From Pocillopora damicornis (lineage: Eukaryota): DNA of 64,000 nucleotides. The stretch lies in assembly GCF_003704095.1 (NCBI RefSeq), contig NW_020847002.1, positions 62,001 to 126,000 on the forward strand. Reading direction: 5' to 3'. Shown piece after piece: positions 61,001 through 64,000 of this stretch; positions within the stretch are counted from its first letter, which is position 1; every line of letters starts with the position of its first letter. The notes under the pieces were generated by a model. The model made no database searches. It was not told where the DNA came from and saw only the letters and a program-made list of their open reading frames with translations. Made by a program: the position numbers and the translations under genes.

Positions 61001-64000
61001 TAGTAAATGCTATGGATATATTTTTATTTTGCTTCATTTTTTCTACCTTAAATCTCCCAAACCAAAATTGGGAACAATTATTCTGCAGTAAACGTAAAAC
61101 TAAAGCTTATAATGAGTGGAGCTGGTACCTATCGATTCCAAATATCTTTCATTTAAACAGGTAAAAGCTGCGTTACATCATGTGGACAGGGTTTCTATGG
61201 TGATACCTCTGATCGACAATGCAAACCATGTGATCCAGGATGTCGCACATGCGCAGACGGAACCTCGTCCACCGCTTGTACAACTTGCCCAGATGATCGA
61301 TACTTAAAAGGAGACGAGTGTGTCGTGAGCTGCGCACCTTCGCTTGTCGGTCAAAGACGACGCATGCGCCTAGCAGGGAAAAATTCCACCGAGCTGGAAG
61401 GTCGTTTGGAAATTTTTGTAAACGGCGCCTGGAGCACGGTTTGTGACAAGACCTTTAATTTTCCTGAGGCAAGTGTCGTATGTCGGCAGCTTAGGCTTGG
61501 ATCCGCCGTAAAAGCTGTCAAGAAGACTGTGTACGGACTTGGAAGCGGTCCAATATGGTCCAGAGACGTAAAATGCACTGGAAGAGAACTAAGTCTGTTC
61601 GAGTGCAAAACTACGCCTCGCGCACGTTCGGGTTGTTACCATAGCAGCGACGTAGGAGTTGTTTGTTCTGGACCAGTGCGTGGCGAGCCACCGATTAACC
61701 AGTGCTTGAAGCGATGCAACCCTGGCTGGTACAAGAATGACTTTGATGTCTGTAGTTTGTGCGCATCACAGTGTGCTGAATGTTCAGGCAATAGCTTCCG
61801 CTGTACTAAATGTAAGGAACCTAAATTCTTAAAAGACAATACGTGCGTTGATAAATGCAACGATGGAGAATATGGACACATTCCTTCGCGAGAATGCCGA
61901 AAGTGTAACAGAGAAAAATGTGTGACGTGCGCAGATGGAAACGATGAAAATGACTGTAAGTCATGTACATCTCCAAAAGCGCTGAAGAATGGCACCTGTG
62001 CGGAGAGTTGTGGGCCTGACATGTATCATAAGAGTGGAGTCTGTGTCAGTAAATGTGGTGATTTATTTTATGAGTTTGCTGGAAATTATTCTTGTCTCCT
62101 CTGTCCACCTGAATGTTTGCAATGCGTATTCAACAGTGTGAAGGGTCTACCTCATTGTACAATATGTGCTCCACCTCTTGTGTTCGACAACAACGTTTGT
62201 CATATCAACTGTTCTGGCTCAAAGGTAGCCGTACCAATCAGAGCTTTGAATGATTCATATCCGAATTCAGCGCTGATTCGACTGAGTAACGGTTCCGACT
62301 ATCTTGAGGGTGTGCTGGAGATATTTCACGATGGAGTTTGGGGAACCGTGTGTGATGATGGATGGGACGCGAAAGAGACCTCAGTAGTATGTAGAGAGCT
62401 TGGCCTCGGCAAGGCTGACACAACGGCATCCCTTGGCCACATCCTAAAACAGCCTAGGGAGGCGCAGGGCAAAATTTGGTTAGATGATGTTTTCTGCACA
62501 GGAAGCGAGAAAACCTTGCACGAATGTCGACATAGTCCTTGGGGGAATACGAATTGCAGGCACGACGAAGATGTGGTTCTCCGTTGCACAGGGCCAGGAA
62601 TACACAAATGTCAACAGAAGTGTCCTGCCAAATTTTACGAAAAGGGAAATGTTTGCTTCCCATGCAATATCAACTGCAACTCTTGCGAAGGTGGTCCTAA
62701 TAAGTGTAAAACCTGCCAGACCGGTTATTTCAAGAAGAATGAAACATGTGTCGCTGATTGTGGTCGAGGCTTCTATCCTGCTGGTATTACATGTTTGAAG
62801 TGTAATAAGTCGTGCAGTAGCTGTGAGGGGACACGTAGTAACTGTACATCGTGTCCCAAGTCTAGATACAAGAAAGACTCAAAATGTGTGACTGACTGTG
62901 AGCCGGGGTTCAAGCCATCCTCCATACCATTTGTGCGTCTAGTTGGACCGACACCGTTTGAAGGACGCGTTGAGGTATTACATTTCTTGAGGCTCATTCA
63001 AAATGCATAAAGAAAATCAGTCTTATTCACATTTCAAGAGCTGCTGGTCATGTAAGTTTCACTGCTGATTGATTTCTTTGCTTACAGATTTACCACGGAG
63101 GCAGGTATGGCAGCGTTTGTGATGACTTCTGGGATATAAAAGATGCTAACGTTGTGTGTAGAATGTTAGGGATGGGAAATGCTACAGCTGCTGTAAAACG
63201 TGCAAAGTACGGATCATTAGAGGACGGACCAGTTTGGATGGACGATGTTAATTGCACTGGTAAGAATTGATTATCTTGCTGTCACAATTGTAGACGTTAT
63301 GAATAAACGGGAGAGTTAGCCACATGCAGCAGTTTTAGCACGCATGTCTTCGGTTAAATATCTTTGTTGCTTAAAAAATGTTTTTGTACCATGAAACCAG
63401 ATCACATTAAAAGGTATCTTGTTCCGGTTTTAGGGAACGAACTTTCTTTGGTTGAATGTGGATTCAATGGATGGGGCATTGAAGATTGTACTCACTCTGA
63501 AGATGCAGGAGTTATTTGTCAGCGTCCCGGTAACAATCAAGACTGTTTTTCAAGCTGTAATCTCAGTAACGGATACTTTTTGGACGGAAACAATGGGTGT
63601 GGTAAATGTAGCAGTGAATGCAAAACATGCGTGGGTACTCCCGAAAATTGCACCACATGTCCACAAAATACCTTCCTCAATATGACGGGCAACATGACGT
63701 TCAACTGTGCCTCTTCATGCGTAGAGCGTTACTTTGCAGATCCTCTCACTCAACACTGCATGCCATGTGGCATAAATTGTCAAGACTGTGAAGGTCGTAA
63801 AGATAACTGTACTGCCTGTGCAGGGAAATTTCTTAATAACTCAAAATGTGTTGATCAATGTTCAGAGAACGAGTTGACTATGAAAGGTGTCTCTGGCATT
63901 CGTTTAGCCGGTGCAAACTCAACAGTGGAAGGAAGAGTGGAGGTACTTCATGACGGGATATGGGGAACCATCTGTGACGATTCGTTCGATATGATGGACG
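58087..64000 (+). CDS. Secreted or cell-surface protein with alternating SRCR domains and furin-like Cys-rich repeats (3' end outside window)
   Basis: Signal-peptide exon 58087-58171; further exons at about 59136-59321, 60085-60350, 60558-60816, 61161-62974, 63088-63259 and 63434 to beyond 64000. At least 5 SRCR domains (IRLVGG..EGRVE..WGTICDD.W..DA.VVCR.L) separated by CxxCxxxCxxC furin-like repeats. Confidence 0.9.
59550..59930. repeat. Degenerate (CTGA/CTGG)n tetranucleotide microsatellite, intronic
   Basis: Direct reading; explains the spurious SVSQ-repeat ORF on the minus strand. Confidence 0.92.

Overview
AT-rich, intron-rich animal genomic DNA. The gene content (intronless class A/C GPCRs, COUP-TF-like receptor, SRCR/furin-repeat protein, DEG/ENaC remnant) suggests a cnidarian, probably a stony coral (inference). 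In order: (1) intronless class A GPCR (-); (2) 26-exon LRRK/ROCO kinase (-), head-to-head with (3) multi-exon SMC5 (+) containing a GC-AG intron; (4) two-exon PAR/C-EBP-like bZIP gene (-) whose start codons lie under an out-of-frame overlapping uORF and whose promoter has two identically spaced CRE-like/CCAAT units; (5) a decayed P2X7-ballast/KolX-like Cys-domain remnant; (6) CaSR-like class C GPCR (-); (7) NR2F/COUP-TF-like receptor (-) with an intronic DR5 element; (8) a ~4 kb decay zone with a CaSR-like pseudogene, the orphan last two exons of a DEG/ENaC channel, an IS3EU-like MITE and a GPCR broken by one nonsense codon; (9) a 9-exon EEP-family phosphoesterase (-) with an intronic truncated LINE; (10) a secreted protein with alternating SRCR domains and furin-like repeats (+) that runs off the window. 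The best candidate for an undescribed system is the ATF4-style uORF/promoter module on a bZIP that is not ATF4-like in sequence. Exon boundaries were read by hand from splice sites and frame continuity; no database searches were run.
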